DNA of 64,000 nt from Hyalangium minutum (GTDB lineage Bacteria; Myxococcota; Myxococcia; Myxococcales; Myxococcaceae), in the NCBI RefSeq assembly GCF_000737315.1, contig NZ_JMCB01000028.1, forward strand, positions 124,001-188,000, in the 5' to 3' direction. Position 1 is the stretch's first letter, and every line of letters starts with the position of its first letter. This document shows, one piece after another, positions 8,735-17,725 of the stretch. The position numbers and the translations under genes are program-made. The notes beneath the pieces were generated by a model. It saw nothing but the letters and a program-made list of their open reading frames with translations. It searched no databases and had not been told where the DNA came from.

Positions 8735-9864
8735 GGATCGTCATCGCGGGGGGAGGCCGGGTGGGCTCGGTGCTGGCAGCGCGGCTGGTGGCCGAGCAGC
8801 ACACCGTGACGGTCATTGAGAGGGACGCGGCCACGTGCACCCGCCTCTTCGAGGAGGTGGGCGTGGTGACGGTGTGCGGCGACGCCACCAACCCGCAGAC
8901 GCTGGAGGCTGCAGGCATCGCCACGGCGGACGTGGCGGCGGGGGTGTTGGCGAGGGACCCGGAGAACCTGGCCTTCGCGATGCTGGTGCGCAGCATGTGC
9001 TCGGCGCGGGTGATGGTGCGCATGCTGGACACGAGCTACCGCGAGGCCTACCGGCTGTCCGGCGTGAAGGAGCTGGTGGCCGAGGCGGAGGTGGTGGTGG
9101 CGAAGATGACGACAGCCATCGACTTCCCGCAGGTGGCGGGCTCGCTGCCGCTGGCGGGAGGGGACGCGCTGCTGTTCGAGCTGGCCATCACTCAGCACGC
9201 GCTGGTGGCGGGCAAGACGGTGGCGCAGGTGCGAACGATGGACGGCTTCCCGCGCGAGAGCCTGTTCATCGGCATGGTGGACCCGGACGGGAAGACGGTG
9301 GTGCCAGACGGGAACACAGTGCTGAAGGCGGGGCACACGGTGATTCTCGTGGCGCGGCGGGAGCAGCTGGGACAGGCGGTGGAGTTCCTCACGGCCGAGC
9401 CGGTGCACGCCAGCCTCTCACCGCTGACGCAGGCGCTGCGCAAGGTGGACTTCCTGGCGCCGCTGAGCGACGACGAGCTGCGGGTGGTGGCGCGAGGCGC
9501 GGAGTTCCTCCAGCGGCCCGCGGGCTCGGAGATCTTCAAGAAGGGGGAGGCGGGGGAGAGCTTCTTCGTGGTGCTCGCGGGCGACGTGCGGATGCTGGGC
9601 GATGGCGGCCAGCTGGTGGGGGCCATCGGCGCGGGAGGCTTCTTCGGCGAGCTGGCGCTGCTCACGGGCGAGCCACGCATGGCCACGGCGGTGACGGGCA
9701 CGGCGTGCGAGCTGGCGATCATCGGGCGCGATGACTTCCGCACGGTGGTGATGGCGAACCCGTCGGTGGCGCTGGAGATGAGCCGCATCCTGGGCCAGCG
9801 GCTCTCCCGCGTGCAGGGTGTCCCAGCGCCGTCCTCCAAGCGCAAGGGCCTCTTCGGAAGGTGA
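8731..9864 (+). CDS. TrkA-N + TrkA-C (RCK) protein with C-terminal cyclic-nucleotide-binding domain
   Basis: GGGRVG Rossmann motif, VIERD, GDATN; TrkA-C VPDGNTVLKAGHTV; CNBD IFKKGEAGESFFVVLAGDV, GFFGELALLTGEPRMATAVT. ATGA overlap with the antiporter stop. Confidence 0.85.
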   Translation: MRIVIAGGGRVGSVLAARLVAEQHTVTVIERDAATCTRLFEEVGVVTVCGDATNPQTLEAAGIATADVAAGVLARDPENLAFAMLVRSMCSARVMVRMLDTSYREAYRLSGVKELVAEAEVVVAKMTTAIDFPQVAGSLPLAGGDALLFELAITQHALVAGKTVAQVRTMDGFPRESLFIGMVDPDGKTVVPDGNTVLKAGHTVILVARREQLGQAVEFLTAEPVHASLSPLTQALRKVDFLAPLSDDELRVVARGAEFLQRPAGSEIFKKGEAGESFFVVLAGDVRMLGDGGQLVGAIGAGGFFGELALLTGEPRMATAVTGTACELAIIGRDDFRTVVMANPSVALEMSRILGQRLSRVQGVPAPSSKRKGLFGR

Positions 9865-9871
9865 GCTGGAC

Positions 9872-10492
9872 ATGATCAAGCTCTATCAGTTCCACCCGTC
9901 GGGCAATTGCTACAAGGTCCGCCTCGTTCTGCACCAGCTCGGCATCCCGTTCGAGGTGCGGGAGATGGACCTCCTGAATGGCGCCACGCGCACGCCGGAG
10001 TTCAAGGCGCTGAACGCCAACGGCCGAGTTCCCATCGTGGAGCTGGAACCGGGTGTGTTCCTCGCCGAGTCCAACGCCATCATCACGTACTTCGCCGAGG
10101 GCACCCCGCTCATCCCCACGGACAAGCTGGAGCGCGCGCGGATGTTCCAGTGGATGTTCTTCGAGCAGTACAGCCACGAGCCCTACGTCGCCGTGGCCCG
10201 CGCGTGGCTCTCCTTCTTTGGCATCCCCCAAGGCAAGGAGCGCGAGCTCGAAGAGCGCATCCAGAAGGGCTATGCCGCCCTGGATGTCATGGAGGAGGAG
10301 CTGAAGAAGCGTCCCTTCTTCGTGGGCCACCAGTACAGCCTCGCGGATGTCGCGTTGTACGCGTACACCCACGTCGCCGCGGAGGGCCACTTCGACTTGA
10401 GCCGTTACCGCGCCATCCCCGCCTGGTTCGAGCGCGTCCAGGCCCAGCCCCGGCACCTGCGCATCACCGATCCGGCCCCTGTCGCCCGCTGA
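9872..10492 (+). CDS. Glutathione S-transferase family protein
   Basis: MIKLYQFHPSGNCYKVRL, NGRVPIVE, LAESNAII, YSLADVALY. Confidence 0.9.
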   Translation: MIKLYQFHPSGNCYKVRLVLHQLGIPFEVREMDLLNGATRTPEFKALNANGRVPIVELEPGVFLAESNAIITYFAEGTPLIPTDKLERARMFQWMFFEQYSHEPYVAVARAWLSFFGIPQGKERELEERIQKGYAALDVMEEELKKRPFFVGHQYSLADVALYAYTHVAAEGHFDLSRYRAIPAWFERVQAQPRHLRITDPAPVAR

Positions 10493-10507
10493 CCGCTGAG
10501 CCGCGGC

Positions 10508-13393
10508 TCAGCGCTTCAGCCCCAGCAGGGCCGCCAGCGTGTGCTGCACCGAGCCCACCTGGACCTCGCTCTTCACGAGGCTCGTCCGGACGCCCCCGAG
10601 CGCCATGCGTGGGTTCGGCAACAGCGGCGTGTCCCGCTCCTGGAGGATGATCGAGTCGAGGAAGGCCACGCCCCGCGCATAGGCCTCCTTGTAGCGCTTC
10701 TGCCGGGCCCGGTCCCTCAGGCCGACCGCGAGCTCGATGCCCGCCGCGAGCGCCTGGAGGTAGAGCGCCGTGGTGTATCCGGGCGTGTCGGGCTGGTGGT
10801 CGTTGAAGAACGCGCCGTGCTTCTCGGACTGGTACGTCAGCGCCCAGTCGCAAACCTCGAAAGCGAAGCGAGCGGCCTCGGCATCCCGGTCGACGCGCCA
10901 CCAGGCCGCCGCGGCTTGAGGCAGCCAGCAGACTTGATCCCAGTGCCGCTTCAGGTGGAAGCGGCTGCGGTAAAAGCGCCGAGCCTGCGCCAGCTTCTCC
11001 TTGTCCGGCGCGCACACCTTCTTCTCCGCCGCCCGTGCGAGCGCCAGCAGCGCCTGCCCCGGGTACCCGTCCTGGAACGAGTCGTCATCGAAGGCCGGGT
11101 CCATGTGGCAGCTGAAGCGGCCCTGGGCGCTGATGCTCGACCAGAGCGTCGTGGCGAGGGTGGCCGCCGTGGTGTTGTCGTCCCCCGTCTCCAGGAGCGC
11201 GAGCAGCACGAGCGCCACCTCGGAGATCGAGGTGCCTCCGTCTCCGTGGATCCAGACGCGCTCGGCCTCGTCGAACACCAGATCCGAGGTCAGCGCGGTC
11301 AGGAGCGTCCGAGCCCCCTCCCCCAGCGGCGCGGGGCCGAGCTGCCGGTGCGCCCGGGCCATCGTCCAGGCCTGATGCGCGAGCTGCGCGGTGTCCAACC
11401 CCCTGTGCGCGGTGTCGGTGAACGGCTCGTAGCGCGTGGTCTCGCCCAGGTGGCGCAGGAGGAACTTGCACAACTGCTGTGCCAACTGCGTGCTCTTCTG
11501 CGCGAGCGCCTTGGAAGGAGCCCCCACGGGCAGCCCGTGGTCGACCCGGTGAACCCCCTGGGCGTCAGCGAGCCAGGTGACGCACTCAAAGGAGCGCCAC
11601 GAGTAGGGGCCCTCCGTGAGCCCCGCCTTGCTGAGCACTGTTCGCGCGTATTCCAAGGGGGAGAGGTTGCCAGTGATCGTCTCGGAGGGAAGCGCCAGGC
11701 CCGCCTGCTCTCCCTGGGACACCCTCAGCGCCTGCTCGGCGTGGCGGGTCTGCGCCGCGGCCTCCTCGGGTGTCAGCACTCCCAGCTCGGTGCCACCGTG
11801 GAGCAGCGACACCGTCACGGCCAGCGGGTCACCGGCTCCCTGCGGCGCGGACCTCGCCTCTTCGAGGGCCCTCTGGGCGAGCCTCTCGAGCGCCTCCTCC
11901 GGGTGCGAGGTCTGCGCCTCCGCCATGCCCACCCGGCGCCCCTGGCGATAGACACTCAGCGAGAAGAACTCCACCGCGCTGTCGAGCTGGAGCGGCTGAC
12001 GCGCTGGCGCGGGCTCCCGTCCCTCCGAGAGCGCTCGCACCACCTCGAGCGCACGCGCCGCAATGGAAGCGCTGGCGGCGATCCACTTCGGAGGAGCCTC
12101 GGCAGGCACGCCGCTCAGCTGCCAGGAGACACCCGGCTCGACGGCCTTCTGGACCTTGAAGCGATAGAGGACGTACGGCTCCCACGGCAGGAGCCGCGCT
12201 TTCTGGTCCCGGGCGTACTCCAGCTGCTGCCACGCGTTCGCGATGCCCGGCATCCTCGGCATCATCCCGCCCAGCAGGAAGGGCCGCTCGCGGCTGCGCA
12301 CCACGAGCCCATATTGATCGTTGTCGAGCTGCCCGGGCTCACACTCCTCGAGCTTGGAGCAGAACGTCACCGCGACCGCTCCCTGCTCCAGGGCGGTGAG
12401 CGGATCGGTGCCCGACCCCTCGAGCGCCTGGGCTGCCTGGAAGGCCGCCTCGGCAATCGCCGCCGGCAGCGCGGAGGGCTTCTCCTCGGGGAAGCTCCAG
12501 AAGCCCCCTCGGCCATGCCGCAGGTGGGTGTCCTTCTTGGGCCGCACGCTGACCCAGACCCCGCCCGCGCCCGAGTAGCGGCCCTGGATGCGCTTGGGCG
12601 GCCGCAGGAGCTTGCCGGTCCGCAAAGCCTCGTCGATGACCCGGCGCGCGAGCTCGGCAGGGTGCAACCCTTCGGGAGCCGCCTTCGCGGTGAGCTCGTG
12701 CGGGAAGAAGGCCCGAGTGGGGTTTGGCGCCAGCACCTCCTCGCCGGGCATGTGCGCGACGAGGTCATTCCAGATGTCGAAGAGGCTGAGCATCCGGTAC
12801 CCGCGCGACACCATGCGCGAGAAGCCGGACTCGTAGCCGAAGCGGACCAGGCACACGCCGCCCTCGACGCGCAGCCCCGCAGCCTCCAGCCGGGCCGCGC
12901 ACTCCTCCATCGAGCTCTCCAGCCCCACCGAGTCCGTGATGATGACCACGGGCTCGGAGAAGTCGATGCGCCCCTCGATGGGATGGCCCGTCGCGAGGTC
13001 CTTCTCCCTGCGGACGAGCAGCCCCCGGTACTTCCCCTTCGAGAGCAGCACACAGGACTGGAGGATGGGGACGCCCGTCGCCCCGAAGGTCGCGAGCTGC
13101 CGCCCTTCGAAGCGGCTGAGCAGGTGGAGCAGGCATCGCCCCGCGAGCTCCGCGCCCCGTGTGGACAGTGTCACCCCGAGCGAGTCGAGCTTCCAGGGTT
13201 CCGCGCTGCCGCCCTCCAGGGTCACGGAGGGGAGCGAGGACTCGCGGCGGATGCCCTCGCGCAGCAGGAGCGCGAGCAGCTCCTCCCGGTCCGAGGCGTA
13301 GGAGGCAGAGGGCCGTGTTGATCGAGCGCGGCGCTTGGGGCCGCGAGCAGCAGGCTTCCTCATCCCATCTCCGTCAGCGTTCATCTTCCCCAA
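10508..13393 (-). CDS. Multidomain protein: degenerate orotate-PRTase-like domain + two AMMECR1-like domains + alpha/alpha toroid-like C-terminus
   Basis: PyrE-like LLVRREK..TGHPIEG and VVIITDSVGLESSM; AMMECR1-like GVWVSV..YGLVV..KARL and FFSLSV..GLALP..KAGL; C-terminal GGVRTS..VGSVQHTLAAL. The start could also be 13384 or 13363. Confidence 0.65.
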   Translation of the reverse strand: MGKMNADGDGMRKPAARGPKRRARSTRPSASYASDREELLALLLREGIRRESSLPSVTLEGGSAEPWKLDSLGVTLSTRGAELAGRCLLHLLSRFEGRQLATFGATGVPILQSCVLLSKGKYRGLLVRREKDLATGHPIEGRIDFSEPVVIITDSVGLESSMEECAARLEAAGLRVEGGVCLVRFGYESGFSRMVSRGYRMLSLFDIWNDLVAHMPGEEVLAPNPTRAFFPHELTAKAAPEGLHPAELARRVIDEALRTGKLLRPPKRIQGRYSGAGGVWVSVRPKKDTHLRHGRGGFWSFPEEKPSALPAAIAEAAFQAAQALEGSGTDPLTALEQGAVAVTFCSKLEECEPGQLDNDQYGLVVRSRERPFLLGGMMPRMPGIANAWQQLEYARDQKARLLPWEPYVLYRFKVQKAVEPGVSWQLSGVPAEAPPKWIAASASIAARALEVVRALSEGREPAPARQPLQLDSAVEFFSLSVYRQGRRVGMAEAQTSHPEEALERLAQRALEEARSAPQGAGDPLAVTVSLLHGGTELGVLTPEEAAAQTRHAEQALRVSQGEQAGLALPSETITGNLSPLEYARTVLSKAGLTEGPYSWRSFECVTWLADAQGVHRVDHGLPVGAPSKALAQKSTQLAQQLCKFLLRHLGETTRYEPFTDTAHRGLDTAQLAHQAWTMARAHRQLGPAPLGEGARTLLTALTSDLVFDEAERVWIHGDGGTSISEVALVLLALLETGDDNTTAATLATTLWSSISAQGRFSCHMDPAFDDDSFQDGYPGQALLALARAAEKKVCAPDKEKLAQARRFYRSRFHLKRHWDQVCWLPQAAAAWWRVDRDAEAARFAFEVCDWALTYQSEKHGAFFNDHQPDTPGYTTALYLQALAAGIELAVGLRDRARQKRYKEAYARGVAFLDSIILQERDTPLLPNPRMALGGVRTSLVKSEVQVGSVQHTLAALLGLKR

Positions 13394-13462
13394 GGGGTAG
13401 GCACCATTCTGACGGCTCCTGGCCGTGACGTCTCCTTTTCTACCGGCGTCTTGAATCCGTGT

Positions 13463-15181
13463 TCAGACGCGCATGGCGGCGGCGGCGATGCCCGGCACCT
13501 TGAGCCAGGAGGGTGCCAGCTCGAAGTCCGCGAGCTTCCGGCCCAGGGTGGCCACCCCCCGGTGCCCCGGCACCCAGGGCGCGGGGGGGAAGTTGGTGAG
13601 GGGGGCGCGGAGGACCACCTTCTCGATGTCCTCGAACATATACGTGTTGTGGACCCACCCCAGGCCGCTCTGGATGTCCTGGGGCGACACGGAGGGATGG
13701 CCGCCCCACGGCAGGCTGCTCAGGGCGAAGACGGCGGCGGGCCAGGTGTTCACCGCCACGGCGCCGTAGCGCAGGTTGCGGATGGCCTTCTCCACCGCCG
13801 CGTTGACCGCCGGATCCTTGAGCGACTGGGGGTGCACCACGAGCGTGGCGCAGAGGGTGCCCCACACCTTGTCATTCACGAAGGGCACGGCCTGCTCCAG
13901 GAACGCCACCGGATCATCCGCGCCCGGCAGGCCCGTCTCGGAGAGCACGGTGCACCAGGGCTCCTGGCGGAAGACCCGGTCCTGCGCTTGGGAAGGATCC
14001 ACATCCGGCAGCAGGGCGAAGGCCAGCTCGCCCTGCCCCGGCGTGCCGACGAGCCGCAGCCCTTGACGGCCCTCGGTGAACTGCTTCCAGCGCTGCTCCG
14101 CGCCCGGGTACCAGGCCCGGCGCGCGCGGGTGTTGCCCAGCGAGGCCTGCACCGCGTCCACCAGCTGCCCGCGCTGGCGCCAGTCGCGCGGCTGCACCAG
14201 GAGCTTGGCGCTGTTGCAGTTGAAAGAGGCGTTGTTGGCCACCATGCCGGCGATGCTGTTGCCCTGGAAGCGCAGCTCGCCCTCGGTGTAGGGGCCTGGC
14301 ACGACGATGACGGGCGAGATGTTGCCCAGCTCGCTCGAGAGGGTCTTCTTCAGCAGCGGCTCATTGCGCGCGCGGCGGGCGTCGGACTCCGGACCGGGAG
14401 GGCCCCACATCAGCGCGTCATGCGTCCGGTCGCTGCCGGTGATGTGGACCTCGTCGACGTCCGGATGGTGGATGAGCGCGGCGCCCTCCTCCGCTCCGCC
14501 ATACACGACGGCGAACACGTTGCGCGCGGCCAGCGAGGCGAACGCCTTCTCCAGGAACGGCCCCACGTAGGCGTTCACCGGGTTCATCTTGAGGACGCAC
14601 GCCGTGCCCTCGACGAAGAGCTTGTAGAGACAGTCCGCGGGCGGAATGGAGTTGACGTTGCCTCCGCCCAGCACGGCGCACACGCGGCCTTCGTGCGGGC
14701 GCCGGTAGAAGGAGGCCTGGTGCTCGTGGAGGTTGGCGGCCGTGACGCCGGGCTGGAAGCGCACCTCGCCCACGTGCCGGGGCAGCAGGATGGAGTCCAG
14801 GAGGTTGGCCGGGTAGATGCGCGCGCTCAGCTGCCCGGTGTCCAAGGTGCTCAGCCGCGAAGCCGGGATGCGCGGCACGCCGTGGCGTTGAATATCCCTC
14901 AGCGAATCGGCCAGGAGGCGCAGGTTGCGCAACACCACGAGCGGCCCGGCCAGCCACTCCTCGCCCGCGATGGGGCTGTCCGGGTCGATGCCCTTGGCCT
15001 CACAGGCCGCCCGGACGCTGGGCTCGGCGACGGCGTGGTAGGAGCGCCGCAGCTCCTCCAGCAAGGCGATGCGCTCGGCGAGGGAGACTTTCACCCAGGC
15101 GCGGGAGCCCTCCTGGATGCGCCGCACGAGCGGATCCATCGAGGAGACAGGAGTGGCCTGGGGAGCAGCAGCGAGCGTCAT
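13463..15181 (-). CDS. Aldehyde dehydrogenase family protein
   Basis: LKMNP, HITGS, SELGNISP (catalytic Glu), NASFNC (catalytic Cys), EPWCTVL. Confidence 0.85.
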   Translation of the reverse strand: MTLAAAPQATPVSSMDPLVRRIQEGSRAWVKVSLAERIALLEELRRSYHAVAEPSVRAACEAKGIDPDSPIAGEEWLAGPLVVLRNLRLLADSLRDIQRHGVPRIPASRLSTLDTGQLSARIYPANLLDSILLPRHVGEVRFQPGVTAANLHEHQASFYRRPHEGRVCAVLGGGNVNSIPPADCLYKLFVEGTACVLKMNPVNAYVGPFLEKAFASLAARNVFAVVYGGAEEGAALIHHPDVDEVHITGSDRTHDALMWGPPGPESDARRARNEPLLKKTLSSELGNISPVIVVPGPYTEGELRFQGNSIAGMVANNASFNCNSAKLLVQPRDWRQRGQLVDAVQASLGNTRARRAWYPGAEQRWKQFTEGRQGLRLVGTPGQGELAFALLPDVDPSQAQDRVFRQEPWCTVLSETGLPGADDPVAFLEQAVPFVNDKVWGTLCATLVVHPQSLKDPAVNAAVEKAIRNLRYGAVAVNTWPAAVFALSSLPWGGHPSVSPQDIQSGLGWVHNTYMFEDIEKVVLRAPLTNFPPAPWVPGHRGVATLGRKLADFELAPSWLKVPGIAAAAMRV

Positions 15182-15266
15182 GCGCGGGACCTCCTCTAAG
15201 AAACCCGCGCCACGTTAGGCGAGCCCCCGCACACCCGTCATTTTTCTTTGGAGCAAGCGTTGGCTG

Positions 15267-17255
15267 TTAGGAGTCCAGCGGCTCGGCGAGCCCCTTGCTG
15301 ACCGCCTCGTCGATGAGCGCCTTGAGCTTCCTCTCGCCCTCGTGCGCCAGCTTCTCCTGTTGCTCGCCGAGCTTCTCCTGCTCCTCGCCGAGCTTTTCCT
15401 GCTGATCGCCCAGCTTCTCCTGCTCCTGGCTCAGCGCCTCCTGCTCCTTCTCCAACGCCTCCTGCTCCTTCTCCAACGCCTCCTGCTGCTTCTCGAACTC
15501 CTGGTCCTGACGATCGCGGGCGGCCTCGTCCGCCTGGGTCGCGATGCGCGCGTGCTGGAGGCTCAGCTCGGCCTGCTTCATGCCCAGCTGGGCCTGCTTC
15601 ATGCCGAGGGCGGCCTGCTTCTGACCCAGCTCCGCCTGCTTTGTGCCCAGCCCCGCCTGCTTGTTGCCGAGTTCCGCCTGCTGCGAGCCCAGCTTCGTCT
15701 GCGGCTCGAAGGCGGCACGCATCTGAGAGAGGATCTTCGGATCGCGGATCACGTAGCTCTTGTCACCGCGTCGCACGAAGATCAGGTCCTTGCCTCCCGT
15801 GCTGAGGGCCCGAGCGCGGCGCAGATCGGACGTCGAGCCCGCCATCGTCACCTGGTCACCCGCCACCAGGACGAAGCCCTCCACGTCATCGTCATCGTCG
15901 TCATCACGGTCCGCCATGGCCAGCATCGGCGCCTTGGGCGGCATGGGAGGAACGGGCGCCACTGCGGAAACAGGAGGAACAGGCGCCACGCTCGGGGCCG
16001 GAGGCGCCGCTGGCACGGCCGCCTGGGCCACCTTCGGCGTGGCGGGAGGAGCAGGAGGAGCCGGAGGCACCGCCTTCGGAGCCGCCACCGGGGCCGGGGC
16101 CGTCACCTTCGGTGCCTCCGGCACGGCAGGGGCAGCGGGAGCCTTGGCAGCGGGAGCGGCTGCGACCACCGGCGTCGCAGGAGCCTGCGGGGCGGCGGGA
16201 CTCTCGCGAGCGACCACCTGGAACGGCACCAGCACCGCGAGACCGAGGACGATCAGGGCCGCTCGCAGCGGCGCCCGGCCTCGGGGAGTCGAGACATCAA
16301 CATGCTCCAGCATGGTCAACCTCCTGTGCAGCGTGTGAAGGTGGGCGGACGCGCCGAGTGCCGCGGCGGTCCCGTGCGTCCGAGTGACGCCAAAGGAGAG
16401 GAGCAGCTGCCCGTAGTCGCCAGGCTCAGCGCCCGTGAGGTGCAGGGCCTCTGCGTCACAAGCCTCCTCGCGGGCCAGCGCGTACTCGCGGGCGGCCTTG
16501 CGCACGAGGGGGTGGAAGAAGAGGACGGTCTCCGCGACAGCCGGCACCCACCCGAGCCACAGGTCGCGGCGCTGGAAGTGGGCCAGCTCGTGCGCCAGCG
16601 CCATCCGCAGCTCTTCCACGTCCAGGCGCTGGACCGCTCGCGCGGGCAGCACCACCACCGGAGAGAGCAACCCCGTCGCGAGGGGGCTCGTCACCGCCTC
16701 GGACACCAGCAGCCGGGGCACGCGGCGCAGACCGGCACGCGTGGCCAGCTCCAGCACGGCCTCCTCAATCTCATCGTGCCGCAGCAGCTGGGCACGGCGG
16801 CGCAGGCGGCGCACGGAAGCCCACGCCGCCAAGTGCCGCTGGAACTGCCAGCCGATTCCCAAGCCCCACGCGGCGAGCACCGCTGCCACAACGAACTGCA
16901 GCCAAGGACCCCGGCGCTCTGAAACCACCCGCGGCTGCGCGGCGGAGGCCACGGTCACCCCGGCGATGGGCGCCTCCGTCTCCGAGCCCCCTGTCGCCAC
17001 CACCGCCGTCACTGGAACGGGCTCAGGCGCAGGCAACAGCGGAAGCGGCACGGGGGCCAGCAAGCCCAAAGACAGCACGAACTTCAGAGAGACGAGCCAC
17101 CACAGCCCGGCCCGCAGCGCCGAGGGCATGCGCGGCAGCGCGCGCGTCAGCGCCCACACCACGGCGGCGAACAACGCGCCCTGCCACGAGGCCCGCCACA
17201 GCCCCTCCAACGCGGAGCGGCCCCAAGCCAGATCCATCAGCCATTCGGTGCCCAT
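15267..17255 (-). CDS. M56-family (BlaR1/MecR1-like) metallopeptidase with Pro/Ala linker and coiled-coil C-terminus
   Basis: SPLATGLLSPVVVLP, LAHELAHFQRRD (HExxH), REEACDAEAL; heptads KQAELG/EQEALEK. Confidence 0.9.
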   Translation of the reverse strand: MGTEWLMDLAWGRSALEGLWRASWQGALFAAVVWALTRALPRMPSALRAGLWWLVSLKFVLSLGLLAPVPLPLLPAPEPVPVTAVVATGGSETEAPIAGVTVASAAQPRVVSERRGPWLQFVVAAVLAAWGLGIGWQFQRHLAAWASVRRLRRRAQLLRHDEIEEAVLELATRAGLRRVPRLLVSEAVTSPLATGLLSPVVVLPARAVQRLDVEELRMALAHELAHFQRRDLWLGWVPAVAETVLFFHPLVRKAAREYALAREEACDAEALHLTGAEPGDYGQLLLSFGVTRTHGTAAALGASAHLHTLHRRLTMLEHVDVSTPRGRAPLRAALIVLGLAVLVPFQVVARESPAAPQAPATPVVAAAPAAKAPAAPAVPEAPKVTAPAPVAAPKAVPPAPPAPPATPKVAQAAVPAAPPAPSVAPVPPVSAVAPVPPMPPKAPMLAMADRDDDDDDDVEGFVLVAGDQVTMAGSTSDLRRARALSTGGKDLIFVRRGDKSYVIRDPKILSQMRAAFEPQTKLGSQQAELGNKQAGLGTKQAELGQKQAALGMKQAQLGMKQAELSLQHARIATQADEAARDRQDQEFEKQQEALEKEQEALEKEQEALSQEQEKLGDQQEKLGEEQEKLGEQQEKLAHEGERKLKALIDEAVSKGLAEPLDS
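15342..15700 (-). repeat. 21-bp-period coding repeats encoding heptads (QQAELG.. / EQEALEK..)
   Basis: Exact tandem duplicate ctcctgctccttctccaacgc at about 15438-15479, with further degenerate copies. Confidence 0.7.
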
Positions 17256-17258
17256 GCG

Positions 17259-17645
17259 TTACTCCTTCTGCTGCTTCCGGGACTTCAGCCGCGCCACGAC
17301 GTCCTGGAGCTGTTGGAGCTCCTCCTCGGAGACGTCCTCGGCCTCGGCCAGATAGTTAACGAACGGCGACAGCGAGCCCGCGAGCGAGCGTTGGACGAAG
17401 TCGCCCACCACGCCCGCCAGCAGCTCCGAGGCCGGCACCATCGAGCTGTATTGATAGATGCCGTCCACCTTGCGCCGGGTGAGGTGGCCCTTGTTCCGCA
17501 GCCGCTCCATCACCGTGAGGATGGTGGAGCGCGCCAGCCCCTGCGCCTCGCCGAAGCGCTCGGCCACTTCGCCCACGGTTGCCGGGCCGTGCTCGGCCAC
17601 GTACCGCAGCACCGCCAGCTCTTGCTCTCCTACGGCCTTCTTCAT
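17259..17645 (-). CDS. BlaI/MecI/CopY family transcriptional repressor
   Basis: EQELAVLRYV, LARSTILTVMERLRNKGHLTRRKVDGIYQYS, GSLSPFVNYL; lies immediately upstream of the M56 gene. Confidence 0.92.
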   Translation of the reverse strand: MKKAVGEQELAVLRYVAEHGPATVGEVAERFGEAQGLARSTILTVMERLRNKGHLTRRKVDGIYQYSSMVPASELLAGVVGDFVQRSLAGSLSPFVNYLAEAEDVSEEELQQLQDVVARLKSRKQQKE

Positions 17646-17658
17646 GGACCCTTCCCGC

Positions 17659-17676
17659 TGACTACAGCTGTAGTCA
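17659..17676. promoter_or_regulatory. BlaI/CopY-type operator (proximal copy)
   Basis: Perfect palindrome TGACTACAGCTGTAGTCA containing the TACA-NN-TGTA core. Confidence 0.85.
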
Positions 17677-17681
17677 CGAGG

Positions 17682-17710
17682 AAGGTACGGCTGACTACAG
17701 CTGTAGTCAA
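17682..17710 (-). promoter_or_regulatory. sigma70-type promoter for the blaI-like/M56 operon
   Basis: TTGACT (17710-17705), 17-nt spacer, TACCTT (17687-17682). Confidence 0.65.
17692..17709. promoter_or_regulatory. BlaI/CopY-type operator (distal copy)
   Basis: Second identical TGACTACAGCTGTAGTCA palindrome, 33 bp from the first. Confidence 0.85.
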
Positions 17711-17725
17711 GTCATTCGGTGGGGC

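Noticed and set aside
10541-13321. 926-aa plus-strand ORF (and similar long antisense ORFs such as 13451-15199, 17579-19738, 32038-34395, 39894-41984, 61215-63440)
   Set aside because: They mirror real genes on the other strand, are Arg/Gly/Ala/His-rich and lack motifs; expected when GC3 is high.
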